Shown one piece after another: positions 15,443-24,276 of a DNA stretch of 60,325 nt (positions within the stretch are counted from its first letter, which is position 1; every line of letters starts with the position of its first letter). Location of the stretch: the NCBI GenBank assembly GCA_003170085.1, contig PMZT01000246.1:1-60325 (forward strand), given 5' to 3'. The notes beneath the pieces are model-generated. The model saw only the letters and a list, made by a program, of their open reading frames with translations. It had not been told where the DNA came from and made no database searches. The position numbers and the translations under genes are program-made. Source of the DNA: Planctomycetia bacterium. GTDB taxonomy: Bacteria > Planctomycetota > Phycisphaerae > FEN-1346.

Positions 15443-16839
15443 CGGTCACGGTGGCCCCGCGGGGCACTCACAGCCTGCGCGAGTCGCTTGTCGAGGCCGG
15501 CGTCAGCCTGCCGTCGGACTGCGGTGGTGTTGGTACATGCGGCAAGTGCAGGGTCCGTGTGCTCGATGCCGACGGCGAACGGAGCGTTCTCGCCTGCCAG
15601 TATGTGCCGGCGGTGCCGACCGCGGTGTTGCTGGAGCCGGTTCGGTCCGCGCACCGGCGCGGCCCCGGCCGACCCGGGCCGGGCGCTTCCGGAACCCTGC
15701 GCCTTGCGGCTGACATCGGAACGACCACGATTTCCCTGGCCGCGGTGGACGAGAAGCAGCGCCGGGTCGTGGCGAGACAGGAAACGCTCAACCCGCAAGT
15801 CATCTACGGAGCCGACGTGGTGAGCAGGATTGCGGCGGAAGACAAGGTCAGCCGGGCGGGGCTTGATCGCGTACTGCTGCGGTTCATGGCCGATGCCGGC
15901 ATCGCGAGCGAGCGCCCGGTCGTGGCCGTGGGCAACACGGTAATGGCTCACTTCCTCATGGGTCGGAGCCCGGCATCGCTGGGTGAGTTTCCCTACGAGT
16001 CGCGGCTGCCGTTGAGCAAGAGCCTTACCAGTCAGCATGGCGGCATCTGGACGCACATGCTGCCGCTGCTCGGCAGCTTCGTCGGCTCAGACTGCACCGC
16101 GGCGATTCTCGCTTCGGGCATGCACCGGAGTCGCCGTCTCTCCCTGCTGGTGGACGCCGGGACCAACGGCGAGGTCGTGCTCGGCAACCGCGGGCGACTG
16201 CTCGTGACCTCGACCGCGGCCGGGCCGGCATTTGAGGGCGCGACCCTGGCGTGCGGCAGTCTGGCACAGCGCGGGGCGGTGAGAGCGGCGCGGCTTGGGG
16301 ACGGGCGATTCGTCCTTGACGTCATCGGCGGCGGAGAGCCGAGGAGTATCTGCGGTTCGGGCGTGCTTGACGCGGTGGCCGAGGCAACCCGCGCCGGGCT
16401 GGTCGATGCTTCAGGCAGGATTGGCCGGGACTCGCCGCTCAACCTCAACGACGGTCCGGAGGCGGTCTACCTGTCTCAGGCCGACTTGCGCGAGGTGCAA
16501 CTGGCCAAGGGCGCAATCGCCGCGGCAATCAGGATTCTACTGGCCGAGTGGGGCGCAGTGGCGTCCGACCTCGAATGCGTCCATGTTACAGGCAAGTTCG
16601 GGGCGGCGATGAACCCGGCTTCAGCGGTGCGAATCGGCCTGCTGCCGCAGATGCCGCTCACCCGAGTCCGGCGCCACGGCAATTTGGCTCTGCTCGGCGC
16701 CGTGCGGGCCACGCTGAACCCGGGCCTGTTCGTCGAGGCCGAGCGTTTCGCGGAGAACTGCCGCGAGGTAATGTTGAGCAGCCACCCGCAGTTCGAACAG
16801 ACTTTTGTTGATTCGATGCGACTTGAACCATGGAACTGA
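15427..16839 (+). CDS. RACo/RamA-type reductive activator of corrinoid proteins ([2Fe-2S] ferredoxin domain plus ASKHA ATPase)
   Basis: N-terminal plant-type ferredoxin motif DCGGVGTCGKCRVRV...C. ASKHA motifs AADIGTTTI, LLVDAGTNGEVVLG, STAAGPAFEG and CGSGVLD. It overlaps the upstream gene by 16 nt. Confidence 0.85.
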   Translation: MGGSLTVTVAPRGTHSLRESLVEAGVSLPSDCGGVGTCGKCRVRVLDADGERSVLACQYVPAVPTAVLLEPVRSAHRRGPGRPGPGASGTLRLAADIGTTTISLAAVDEKQRRVVARQETLNPQVIYGADVVSRIAAEDKVSRAGLDRVLLRFMADAGIASERPVVAVGNTVMAHFLMGRSPASLGEFPYESRLPLSKSLTSQHGGIWTHMLPLLGSFVGSDCTAAILASGMHRSRRLSLLVDAGTNGEVVLGNRGRLLVTSTAAGPAFEGATLACGSLAQRGAVRAARLGDGRFVLDVIGGGEPRSICGSGVLDAVAEATRAGLVDASGRIGRDSPLNLNDGPEAVYLSQADLREVQLAKGAIAAAIRILLAEWGAVASDLECVHVTGKFGAAMNPASAVRIGLLPQMPLTRVRRHGNLALLGAVRATLNPGLFVEAERFAENCREVMLSSHPQFEQTFVDSMRLEPWN

Positions 16840-17942
16840 TACCCCGCGCGACGTTTCGGCAAATACGGCAGGAACGGGTCGAGGAGATAGCCTCGGCGCG
16901 CAAGCAGGGCGCAAGGGTAGTGGGTTACTTCTGCATCTACTCGCCGGTCGAGCTGGTGCAGGCAGCCGGGGCGATCCCGGTCCGACTGATGCGCGGCGGA
17001 CAGGCGGCCGAGGAGGCAGGGGAAAAGTACCTGCGGGCCGACGCCTGTTCTTTCTGCAATAGCTGCATGGGAAACTTCGAGCGCGACCAGTTGTACCAGC
17101 AGGTTGATGCCGTGCTCAGCGTAAACACGTGCGACATGATGCGCCGGTTGCCCGAGTCGATAGAGAGGCACTTCGGCATCCCCGTATACCAGTTATACAT
17201 GCCGCGGACGTCCGAGCCGCTGCCGCACCGCGTGGCCGAGTTCAGACGGCAGCTTGACGGATTGGCCGGAGAACTGGCAACCCTGACTGGCAGCGCCATC
17301 GGTACGGAGCGACTGGAATCCGAGATTGCCGCATTCAACCGGTTGCGGGAGATGCTGCGGCAGGCAAGCGATACGCGACGGATGAACGCGCCGTTGCTTT
17401 CCGGTGGCACGATGCTCGACTTGGCAACGACCACATGGCTGCTCGGTCCGGTCAAGGCCGTCTCGCTCATTGAGGAGGTGCTGCGGATTCTCGCCGCCCG
17501 GCCTCGCCGGGAATCGCGTCGGCCGCGGCTGATGCTCGGCGGCAGCATCCTGACTGAGGATGATCGGTGGCTGCTAGACATGGTCGAGGAGAAGGCGGAC
17601 ATCGTGACCGACATCCTTTGCACGGGTACGCGCTGGTTTGCCGAGGATGCTCCGTCGGACGGCGCGCCGCTGGATCGGCTGGCGCGGTTCTACTTCAGCC
17701 GGCCGTGCATGCACCGCCGGCCGAACTCGGCGATGTACGAGTACGCGCAGAAACTCGCCCGTGAGTTCCGGGTTGAGGGGTTTGTGTACAAGACGCTGCT
17801 CTACTGCGACCCGTGGAGTTTCGAGGTGAGGCGGCTGCAGGAAGCGCTCGGCCTGCCGGTGCTGCACCTCGATACTGATTACTCGACCGAGAACCGCGAG
17901 CAGGTGCGCACGCGGGTCGAGGCTTTCCTGGAGACGCTATGA
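16830..17942 (+). CDS. 2-hydroxyacyl-CoA dehydratase/benzoyl-CoA reductase family subunit (HgdB/BcrC-like)
   Basis: ARVVGYFCIYSPVELVQAAGAIPVRL, NTCDMMRR, and the C-terminal DTDYSTENREQVRTRVEAFLETL. It overlaps both neighbours by 10 nt and 4 nt. Confidence 0.8.
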   Translation: MELIPRATFRQIRQERVEEIASARKQGARVVGYFCIYSPVELVQAAGAIPVRLMRGGQAAEEAGEKYLRADACSFCNSCMGNFERDQLYQQVDAVLSVNTCDMMRRLPESIERHFGIPVYQLYMPRTSEPLPHRVAEFRRQLDGLAGELATLTGSAIGTERLESEIAAFNRLREMLRQASDTRRMNAPLLSGGTMLDLATTTWLLGPVKAVSLIEEVLRILAARPRRESRRPRLMLGGSILTEDDRWLLDMVEEKADIVTDILCTGTRWFAEDAPSDGAPLDRLARFYFSRPCMHRRPNSAMYEYAQKLAREFRVEGFVYKTLLYCDPWSFEVRRLQEALGLPVLHLDTDYSTENREQVRTRVEAFLETL

Positions 17943-19357
17943 GTGAGCGGAGTCTGACCAGTCAGGCAGGTCGGACGAGTCCGACCCCGGGTTGGGCTGA
18001 CCCGAAGCCGGCGCGGGTCACATTTGACGAGTGGCAGGACCTGTTCGAACGGGTGCCGGAAGAACTGGTTGAGGAGTACCACTACTTCCCGCCCAATCGT
18101 GAAGCGTTCTCAAAGTACCTGTTTCCACCCCAGACGTTTGCCATCTACGGCATGCGGCACCTGCGCCGCCTCAAGTATGACAACTCGCTCGCGGCCCTGC
18201 GCATGTGGGGGTTTGTCCAGAACGAAACCGAGCGGCTGTTCCGGGCGCGGCAGCTTGGGCGCCGGGTCATCGCGACGATGGGCGACCTCGGCGCGGTGCC
18301 GGTCATCGTCAACTCATTTCCGGACTGCATCGCGTTCTACCCGGACTGCATCTGGTGGACCCCGTTCGCGATGGAGAGCCGGGTGCTGTTCGACGCGGCG
18401 GCCGAACTCGGCATCGGCGACGCCACCTGCTTCTCCCGCGCCGCCCTTGGCGCATTCGCCAAGCACTCGTATTTCCCGGACCCGGACCTCGTGATTGCCT
18501 CGACCGGCGCATCGTGCGACGATTACTCGGGGGTGGAGCAACTGGTTGAGCGGTTTGCGCCGGACATGATGTGGGTCGAAGAACCAATGAGATGTGACAT
18601 GGGACGAATGGGACCCATGGGACCTATGCTCGTCAAGGAGTACGAACGGGTGGTCGAGCGGATGGAGAAGCTGACCGGACACGAGATAACTGACGATGAG
18701 TTGCGCGCGGGCGTGCGCCAGGCCAACCGAGTGCGGAAACTGGTGAAGCGGCTGCGGGAGCTGGCGTTCCGCGAGGGCGCGATGGCATCGTTGGAGATGA
18801 TGGTCGTCGAGTTCGGCAACCTGCATCATTACTCGGACATCACCGAGTGGCCGCACGTGCTGGAACACTTGCTCGCAACCGCGGAAAGCCGCGCGGCAGC
18901 GGACACGCCGGTTGTTGACAAGGATGCGCTACGCGTCGTTTGGGTCACGCCGCCGGCGGACCCTCTGCTGCTAACCTATGTTGAGGACGCGGGAGCGCGC
19001 GTGGTCGGTACTGAGTACGTCATCAATCAGGCACTTGAGATAATAGACGAGGACAAGCCGCCGCTTGAGGCGATTGCCGAGTCGTTCATGGCCGCGTCGC
19101 TCATAGGCACGTCGAAAGCAAGGGCGCAGTCGGCAATCGACCAGGCACGCGAATACCGGGCGGAGGGCGTCATCATTTCCGGCATCTTCGGCGGGTCGCA
19201 CTGCGCCATGGAGGGCAGGCTCATCTCCGACTACGTGAAGGCCGCGCTCGACCTGCCGGTGCTCGAGTTCGATGTCACGTCGCCGTCCCGGGAGATTGCA
19301 CTCCAGATTGGTACGCGGATAGATGCTTTCCTCGAAGTGCTCCGGAGCCGACGATGA
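17939..19357 (+). CDS. 2-hydroxyacyl-CoA dehydratase/benzoyl-CoA reductase family subunit (HgdA/BcrB-like)
   Basis: 472 aa. RRVIATMGDLGAVPVIV, TCFSRAALG, ASCDDY, and the C-terminal FDVTSPSREIALQIGTRIDAFLEVL. It contains the MGRMGPMGPM repeat insertion. Confidence 0.8.
   Translation: MSERSLTSQAGRTSPTPGWADPKPARVTFDEWQDLFERVPEELVEEYHYFPPNREAFSKYLFPPQTFAIYGMRHLRRLKYDNSLAALRMWGFVQNETERLFRARQLGRRVIATMGDLGAVPVIVNSFPDCIAFYPDCIWWTPFAMESRVLFDAAAELGIGDATCFSRAALGAFAKHSYFPDPDLVIASTGASCDDYSGVEQLVERFAPDMMWVEEPMRCDMGRMGPMGPMLVKEYERVVERMEKLTGHEITDDELRAGVRQANRVRKLVKRLRELAFREGAMASLEMMVVEFGNLHHYSDITEWPHVLEHLLATAESRAAADTPVVDKDALRVVWVTPPADPLLLTYVEDAGARVVGTEYVINQALEIIDEDKPPLEAIAESFMAASLIGTSKARAQSAIDQAREYRAEGVIISGIFGGSHCAMEGRLISDYVKAALDLPVLEFDVTSPSREIALQIGTRIDAFLEVLRSRR
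18599..18628. repeat. 9-bp in-frame tandem array ATGGGACGA ATGGGACCC ATGGGACCT (ATG) inside the HgdA-like CDS
   Basis: Read directly; it encodes MGRMGPMGPM. The unit differs by 1 nt from the intergenic 9-mer ATAGGACCT at 4557-4565. Confidence 0.8.
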
Positions 19358-20406
19358 AGGAACTGCTCACGCCGAGGGAACGTTTCGGCCTGCTGGTGAT
19401 TGATGAGCCGCAGGACCGGGTGCCGGTGTTCCCGCTGGTTACCGCGCACGCGGCGCGGGTCGCCCGGATACCGATTCGGGACTACTATACCGACGGCATT
19501 GCAATGGCCCGCAGCCAACTGGCGGCGCAGGAGTTCTACGGCACCGACTTCATCTCGTTCTTCTCCGAGGTCGGGCTCGTGGCCGAAGCGCTGGGTTCCC
19601 GGTTCAGCTACCCTGATGACGACCTGCCGCTGCTGGCCGAGCCGAAATGGAGTGAATTGGGCGAGTTGGACGATGCGACGGCCGACCCGATGAAGGACGG
19701 ACGCCTGAGAGTGTACCTCGACGCGATATCTTACGCCTACGAGGCGCGGGCCGACACGGTTCCGATTCTCGCCTACGTCCCGGCGCCCTTCACAACTGCC
19801 CAGCAGCTCGTGGACCAGGAAGCATTCCTGCTCGGGCTGCTAACCGAACCGGAGCGGATCCACCGTTTGCTCGAGTACGCGACATGTTCAATCATCCGAT
19901 TCTGCCGCGCCATCATCGGCGCGGGCGGGTTGCCGATTCTGGTTGACCCGCTGGCCTCAGGGAGCGTGATATCGGCGGAGCACTACCGCGAGTTCGCGCT
20001 GCCCTGCGAGGCGGAGGTCATCCGCTACCTTCACCGCTACGACCTCGACATCGTGCTCCACATCTGCGGCGACACCAACCCTATCATCCACATCATGCCG
20101 GAATCCGGAGCCGACCTGCTGAGCCTTGACCACGTTGGCCTGGAAACCGCGATTGCCGCGGCGGGAGACCGGTGCCGTATCATCGGCAACTTCGACACGA
20201 CTGCCATCATGCTGTCGAAGCCACAGGAGGTCGCGGACTCGGTTGCCGCGATGGTGCTGGCAGGAAAGCCGTGTCCAAGGGGATTTGTGGCTGCCACAGG
20301 ATGCGAGGTGCCGGTCGAGACGCCGCCGGAGAACGTGCGGGCGTTTGTTCGAGCCGCGAAAGAGGCTGGCGCCAATGCCGACTGGGGCGCGAGGAGGAGA
20401 GCGTGA
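19354..20406 (+). CDS. second URO-D-fold MtaA-like methyltransferase (Zn type)
   Basis: RERFGLLVIDEPQDRVPVFPLV (MtaA-type N-terminus), VDPLASGSVISAEHYREF, and Zn motif VLHICGDT plus ATGCEVPVETPPENV. ATGA overlap with the upstream gene. Confidence 0.8.
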   Translation: MKELLTPRERFGLLVIDEPQDRVPVFPLVTAHAARVARIPIRDYYTDGIAMARSQLAAQEFYGTDFISFFSEVGLVAEALGSRFSYPDDDLPLLAEPKWSELGELDDATADPMKDGRLRVYLDAISYAYEARADTVPILAYVPAPFTTAQQLVDQEAFLLGLLTEPERIHRLLEYATCSIIRFCRAIIGAGGLPILVDPLASGSVISAEHYREFALPCEAEVIRYLHRYDLDIVLHICGDTNPIIHIMPESGADLLSLDHVGLETAIAAAGDRCRIIGNFDTTAIMLSKPQEVADSVAAMVLAGKPCPRGFVAATGCEVPVETPPENVRAFVRAAKEAGANADWGARRRA

Positions 20407-21176
20407 TAACTGCCGGGATAGACGTGGGTTCGGTGAATACCAAGTTGGTCGTGTTTGACCACATCAGTCAAGGGATATTCTGCGAGAAGGTCGTACCGAC
20501 CGGGCCGAGGCCGCGGGAGACGGCGCGGCGGGTGATGGCCGAGTGCCGCAGCGAGCACAAGGACCTTGCCGGCCACGTGCGCGGCGTCGTGGCGACCGGC
20601 TATGCCCGTCACGTTGTGGACGACGTCGAAGGAACAATCACCGAAATCAAGGCTGCGGCACTCGGCATCCGGAACTGGCACCCGGAGGCCCGGACCGTGG
20701 TGGACATCGGCGGGCAGGACTCGAAGGTGCTCAATCTCGACGAGTCGGGTAAGGTTCGCGACTTCGTGATGAACGACCGGTGCGCGGCCGGCACCGGCCA
20801 GTTCCTTTCTGTGCTGGCGCGGACGCTCTCGGTGCCGCTTGAGGACTTCGGCCGGCTGAGCCTCGAGTCGCGGCGGCCGGTCCCGGTTTCAAGCCTCTGC
20901 GTGGTGATGGCCGAGTCGGAGATACTGTCGTTGCTCGCGGCCGACACCCCGGTCGCGGACGTGATTGCCGGCCTGCACGAGGCACTGGCTCGCAGAATTG
21001 CCAACATGGCGGCGCGGCTGCGGGTTCAGCCGGAGGTTGTGTTCACGGGCGGCGTGGCGCAAAATCTCGGGATGAAGGCGGCGCTGGAAAGGGCGCTGGG
21101 TGTGCCGGTAACCATTGCCAGAAAACCGCTGCTGGCCGCGGCACTGGGCGCGGCGCTGGCTAGCGAACGAGAGTGA
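20403..21176 (+). CDS. second BcrAD/BadFG-family HgdC-type activator ATPase
   Basis: GTG start overlaps the upstream stop (GTGA). GIDVGSVNTKLVV, VVDIGGQDSKVL, NDRCAAGTGQFLS, SSLCVVMAESEILSL and VFTGGVAQN. Confidence 0.85.
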   Translation: MITAGIDVGSVNTKLVVFDHISQGIFCEKVVPTGPRPRETARRVMAECRSEHKDLAGHVRGVVATGYARHVVDDVEGTITEIKAAALGIRNWHPEARTVVDIGGQDSKVLNLDESGKVRDFVMNDRCAAGTGQFLSVLARTLSVPLEDFGRLSLESRRPVPVSSLCVVMAESEILSLLAADTPVADVIAGLHEALARRIANMAARLRVQPEVVFTGGVAQNLGMKAALERALGVPVTIARKPLLAAALGAALASERE

Positions 21177-22617
21177 ACCGAACCGGCCGCGCGTCGCTGC
21201 CCGCCGGGAAAACGATGAAGTAGTTGCCCGAGCTCAGGCCCGCCGGTCGCCAGGCGACCGCCCGCTGTCCGCCCTGAACTCCGAAAGTCGCAACCTGCCG
21301 GCCCGCCGCATCAAACACCCGGGCCGTGCCGGCACGCACCGAAGCGGGTAGGCCGACGAGTACCGTGTCCCGCGAAACTGTCTGTCGGGTAGTTGGGGTC
21401 GTGTCCGGAATCGGGGTGTACGGTTCCCGGGAGAGGTGGTCCCAAAAATGCAGGTAGGTATCGAGCACAATCGAGCAGGCGTCGCCGGTCAATGCCGTCG
21501 CCTGTTCCTGAGTCGGGCCGGTAAGGGGCCATTCGGCTTCCACGCTGTCAACCATGCTGAAGAGCCGTTCTTCGACCGGGGCGAAGTGCTCGAGCAGGTC
21601 GGCTAGTCGGTAGGTGTTGTCGGCACCGGGATGGTCCGGGTCGCAGCGGACGTAGTTGCGCAGGCGGATGGCTTCGTCGCAGATGGGCGCGTGGTCGGAC
21701 CCGTCGAGCGCTCCGGGCAGCGGCCCGCCCTGGACCCAGACGGGGACCGGCAGGCTCACATCAGGCGTGCCGAGCAGCACCCACATCATCGTCCGGCCCG
21801 CGGGTTCGCCGGGCCTGGTTCCGACCATGACCTCGGCCGAGCGCGTGGTGCGGCGGCAGAGCGTGCTTTCGATCGGCAGGTACCCGGTCGGGAATGTGTC
21901 GTACGTGCCTGCGAAAGGCAGGGGATACGGGTCGAGGAACGTGCGACCGATGTCGCGAGTCAGGGTCTGGATGATGAACCTCGAGTCAATTCGGTTTTCG
22001 TGGCGCGCGGGGACTGCGAGCTGCATGGCGCGCTCGTACCGCTCTATGCCCGTCATGCGATTCGGGTTGCCGGACATCGAGTAGTTCGCGCGAAGAATCA
22101 AGCCGATGGTGTCCTCGTCGCAGTCATAGCGGTTGTAGTAGAGGTTGCTGGCCTCGAACATCGAGGTCGTACCGGTCGAGTCGAAGACACCGAAGTTGGC
22201 CGGGGTCTCGCGGCCGATGACGTTGAGCGAGTCCATCAAACTGGCAAACTCACTGACCGTGGCGCAGGTGCCGAGCGCCATGCTCATGATGTTTCCGTCG
22301 TCCGCTAGGCCCTTGTCCCGGCTCATAATGTTGAACGAATTCGAGTTCATGATGGCGAATCCGGCTTCGTTGATGCCGGCCCAGGCGTTCAGCGTGTCAT
22401 TGGCGTAGACGTCGGTCACGTAGTGGTACTTCGGTCCGGTGAAGTAGCGGACTTCCTGATTCTCATCACTGACGTCGCGGTTCTTCCAGAGCATCGGCCG
22501 GCCGTTTGTAGTCGCGTCCGGGCCGAAGACGCCAATCGTGCAGCCAAAGGACGAAGTCAAAATGCAGAATGCAAAATGCAGAATGCAGAATGATCGGAAG
22601 CCGAAACGCACGTTCAC
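21160..22617 (-). CDS. secreted Ntn-hydrolase (peptidase C69/C45-like, N-terminal nucleophile Cys) with T9SS-type C-terminal domain
   Basis: A signal peptide is followed by GCTIGVFGPDATTNGRPMLWKNRD (C-T....AT.[DN]G....[KR]N.D pattern of C69-type Ntn hydrolases). C-terminus ARVFDAAGRQVATF...VAWRP...GNYFIVF...RFTLVR. Confidence 0.6.
   Translation of the reverse strand: MNVRFGFRSFCILHFAFCILTSSFGCTIGVFGPDATTNGRPMLWKNRDVSDENQEVRYFTGPKYHYVTDVYANDTLNAWAGINEAGFAIMNSNSFNIMSRDKGLADDGNIMSMALGTCATVSEFASLMDSLNVIGRETPANFGVFDSTGTTSMFEASNLYYNRYDCDEDTIGLILRANYSMSGNPNRMTGIERYERAMQLAVPARHENRIDSRFIIQTLTRDIGRTFLDPYPLPFAGTYDTFPTGYLPIESTLCRRTTRSAEVMVGTRPGEPAGRTMMWVLLGTPDVSLPVPVWVQGGPLPGALDGSDHAPICDEAIRLRNYVRCDPDHPGADNTYRLADLLEHFAPVEERLFSMVDSVEAEWPLTGPTQEQATALTGDACSIVLDTYLHFWDHLSREPYTPIPDTTPTTRQTVSRDTVLVGLPASVRAGTARVFDAAGRQVATFGVQGGQRAVAWRPAGLSSGNYFIVFPAGSDARPVRFTLVR
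22561..22595. repeat. 7-bp tandem array (AATGCAG AATGCAA AATGCAG AATGCAG AATGATC) within the signal-peptide coding region of the Ntn-hydrolase
   Basis: Read directly. On the minus strand it encodes SFCILHFAFCIL, the hydrophobic core of the signal peptide. Confidence 0.9.
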
Positions 22618-23696
22618 CGGGGTCTCCGGACTTCGCGCACCAGGGTATCAACGAGCTGGTCTTCGCCACAGGTCTTGACGACCCGGCCATGGGCGAAGAC
22701 GATGCCCCGGCCTTTGCCGCCGGCAATCCCGAAGTCTGCCTCGCGCGCCTCGCCCGGCCCGTTGACGATGCAGCCCATCACGGCCACCGTGATCGGCGCG
22801 GTCACGTCGCGCGTCCGCCGCTTGAGCGATTCGACCATTTCGATCAGGTTCACGCCGCAGCGGCCGCACGTGGGGCATGAAAGGATGCGGATGCCGCGTC
22901 GCGGCCTCAGGCCCAGCTCGGCCAGAATCTCCTGGGCGATGACGACCTCGCTGAGCGGGTCGCCGGTCAGGCTCACGCGCACGGTGTCGCCGATACCCTC
23001 GGCCAGCAGCGTTCCGAGGACGATGGCCGAGCGGGTTCGCGCCTCGTCCGCCGGTCCGGCCGCCGTGATTCCCAGGTGCAGCGGCAGATCGCACGCTGCG
23101 GCCAGCAGGCGGTAGGCGGCCAGGGTCGTCGGCACGTCCGACGCCTTGGCCGAGAGCACGAGGTCCCTGAAGCCTTCTTTCTCGGCCACGCGGACCCAGT
23201 CCATGAGCACGTCCACCATGAGTCGCACGAGATCCCCGGTTTCGGTCCCGCCCTTGGCGCCGCGGACGCTCCCCGAGTTGACGCCGAACCTTACCGAGCG
23301 CCCCAACTTGGCTGCCAGGGCGAGCACTCGCCGCAGGCCCTCGGGATCGTCGATGTTCCCCGGGTTGAGGCGGACCTTGGCGACGCCGGCCTCGAGTGCC
23401 CGGATCGCGAGGGCCGTATTGAAATGGATGTCGGCCACGATCGGCACGGGCGAGGCCGCCACGATCACCGCCAGGGCCTCGGCGTCGGGCGGAGCGGGGA
23501 CCGCCACGCGCACGATGTCGCAACCGGCAGCGGCCAGGTGGCGGACTTGGTCGAGCGTCGGCCCGACCTCCCGCGTGTGCGTGGTCGTCATCGACTGGAT
23601 ACTGACGGGCGCCTCGCCGCCGACCGTCACGTTACCGACGCGGATGTCGCGTGCCGCGCGACGCGTGTAATTCACGGGGTCGTTCATGCGAGGCAT
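22614..23696 (-). CDS. ispG: 4-hydroxy-3-methylbut-2-en-1-yl diphosphate synthase (flavodoxin)
   Basis: RVGNVTVGGEAPVSIQSMT, CDIVRVAVP, PIVADIHF, VRLNPGNI and SCPTCGRC...VMGCIVNGPGEA are the classic IspG/GcpE signature. Confidence 0.9.
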   Translation of the reverse strand: MPRMNDPVNYTRRAARDIRVGNVTVGGEAPVSIQSMTTTHTREVGPTLDQVRHLAAAGCDIVRVAVPAPPDAEALAVIVAASPVPIVADIHFNTALAIRALEAGVAKVRLNPGNIDDPEGLRRVLALAAKLGRSVRFGVNSGSVRGAKGGTETGDLVRLMVDVLMDWVRVAEKEGFRDLVLSAKASDVPTTLAAYRLLAAACDLPLHLGITAAGPADEARTRSAIVLGTLLAEGIGDTVRVSLTGDPLSEVVIAQEILAELGLRPRRGIRILSCPTCGRCGVNLIEMVESLKRRTRDVTAPITVAVMGCIVNGPGEAREADFGIAGGKGRGIVFAHGRVVKTCGEDQLVDTLVREVRRPR

Positions 23697-23816
23697 TATG
23701 AGTGACCGCCGGTAACGCTGTCAAGAACCCGTTGTCTGGGGCCGTGTAAAACAGGACTTTTCCCGTTGCCCGCGGTAGCACGCCCCGGTAAAATGTGTTA
23801 CTGGAAGGAGCGAGGC

Positions 23817-24233
23817 ATGGCGAAACTGGTTCGTTTCGGCGTCTCGATGGACGAGCGGCTGCTCGAAGCGCTTGACGCGGTCGTCGCGCGGCGGCATTAC
23901 GCGAACCGCAGTGAGGCGATCCGCGACCTCGTCCGCTCCGAGCAGGTCCGCGAATCGTGGGAGAAGGCCAAAGGCCCCGTCGTCGGCACGCTCACGCTCG
24001 TTTACGATCACCACGTCCGCGAGGTGAACGAGCGCCTCGTGACCCTCCAGCACGACCACGGCGACGTCGTCCACTCGGCCATGCACGTCCACCTGTCGCA
24101 CCGGATGTGCCTGGAGGTGATCGTGCTGCGCGGCAAACCGCGCGACGTGCAGGAACTGGCCGACCGTCTGATCGCCGCGCGCGGCGTCAAACACGGCCGC
24201 CTGGTCGCGACGACCGATGAGGACCTGGTCTGA
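23817..24233 (+). CDS. nikR: nickel-responsive transcriptional regulator NikR (RHH plus ACT-like metal-binding domain)
   Basis: GGAAGGAG RBS. MAKLVRFGVSMDERLLEALD...YANRSEAIRDLVR (ribbon-helix-helix), and LQHDHGDVVHSAMHVHLSHRMCLEV carrying the His/Cys ligand pattern. Confidence 0.85.
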   Translation: MAKLVRFGVSMDERLLEALDAVVARRHYANRSEAIRDLVRSEQVRESWEKAKGPVVGTLTLVYDHHVREVNERLVTLQHDHGDVVHSAMHVHLSHRMCLEVIVLRGKPRDVQELADRLIAARGVKHGRLVATTDEDLV

Positions 24234-24276
24234 CGCGGGCCGGCCGGGGGCTTGGAGTTCGAGAAGGGATACAGCT

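Noticed and set aside
23600-23820. Suspicion that the contig is a chimera of an FCB-like left part (T9SS-tail proteins) and a PVC-like right part (DUF1559, HEAT, Tat-Gfo/Idh/MocA)
   Set aside because: GC content and codon style look continuous. The ispG junction is an ordinary intergenic region. The peculiar 7-bp arrays occur on both sides (22561 and 49009/58113/59600), which argues for one genome. It cannot be excluded without read mapping.
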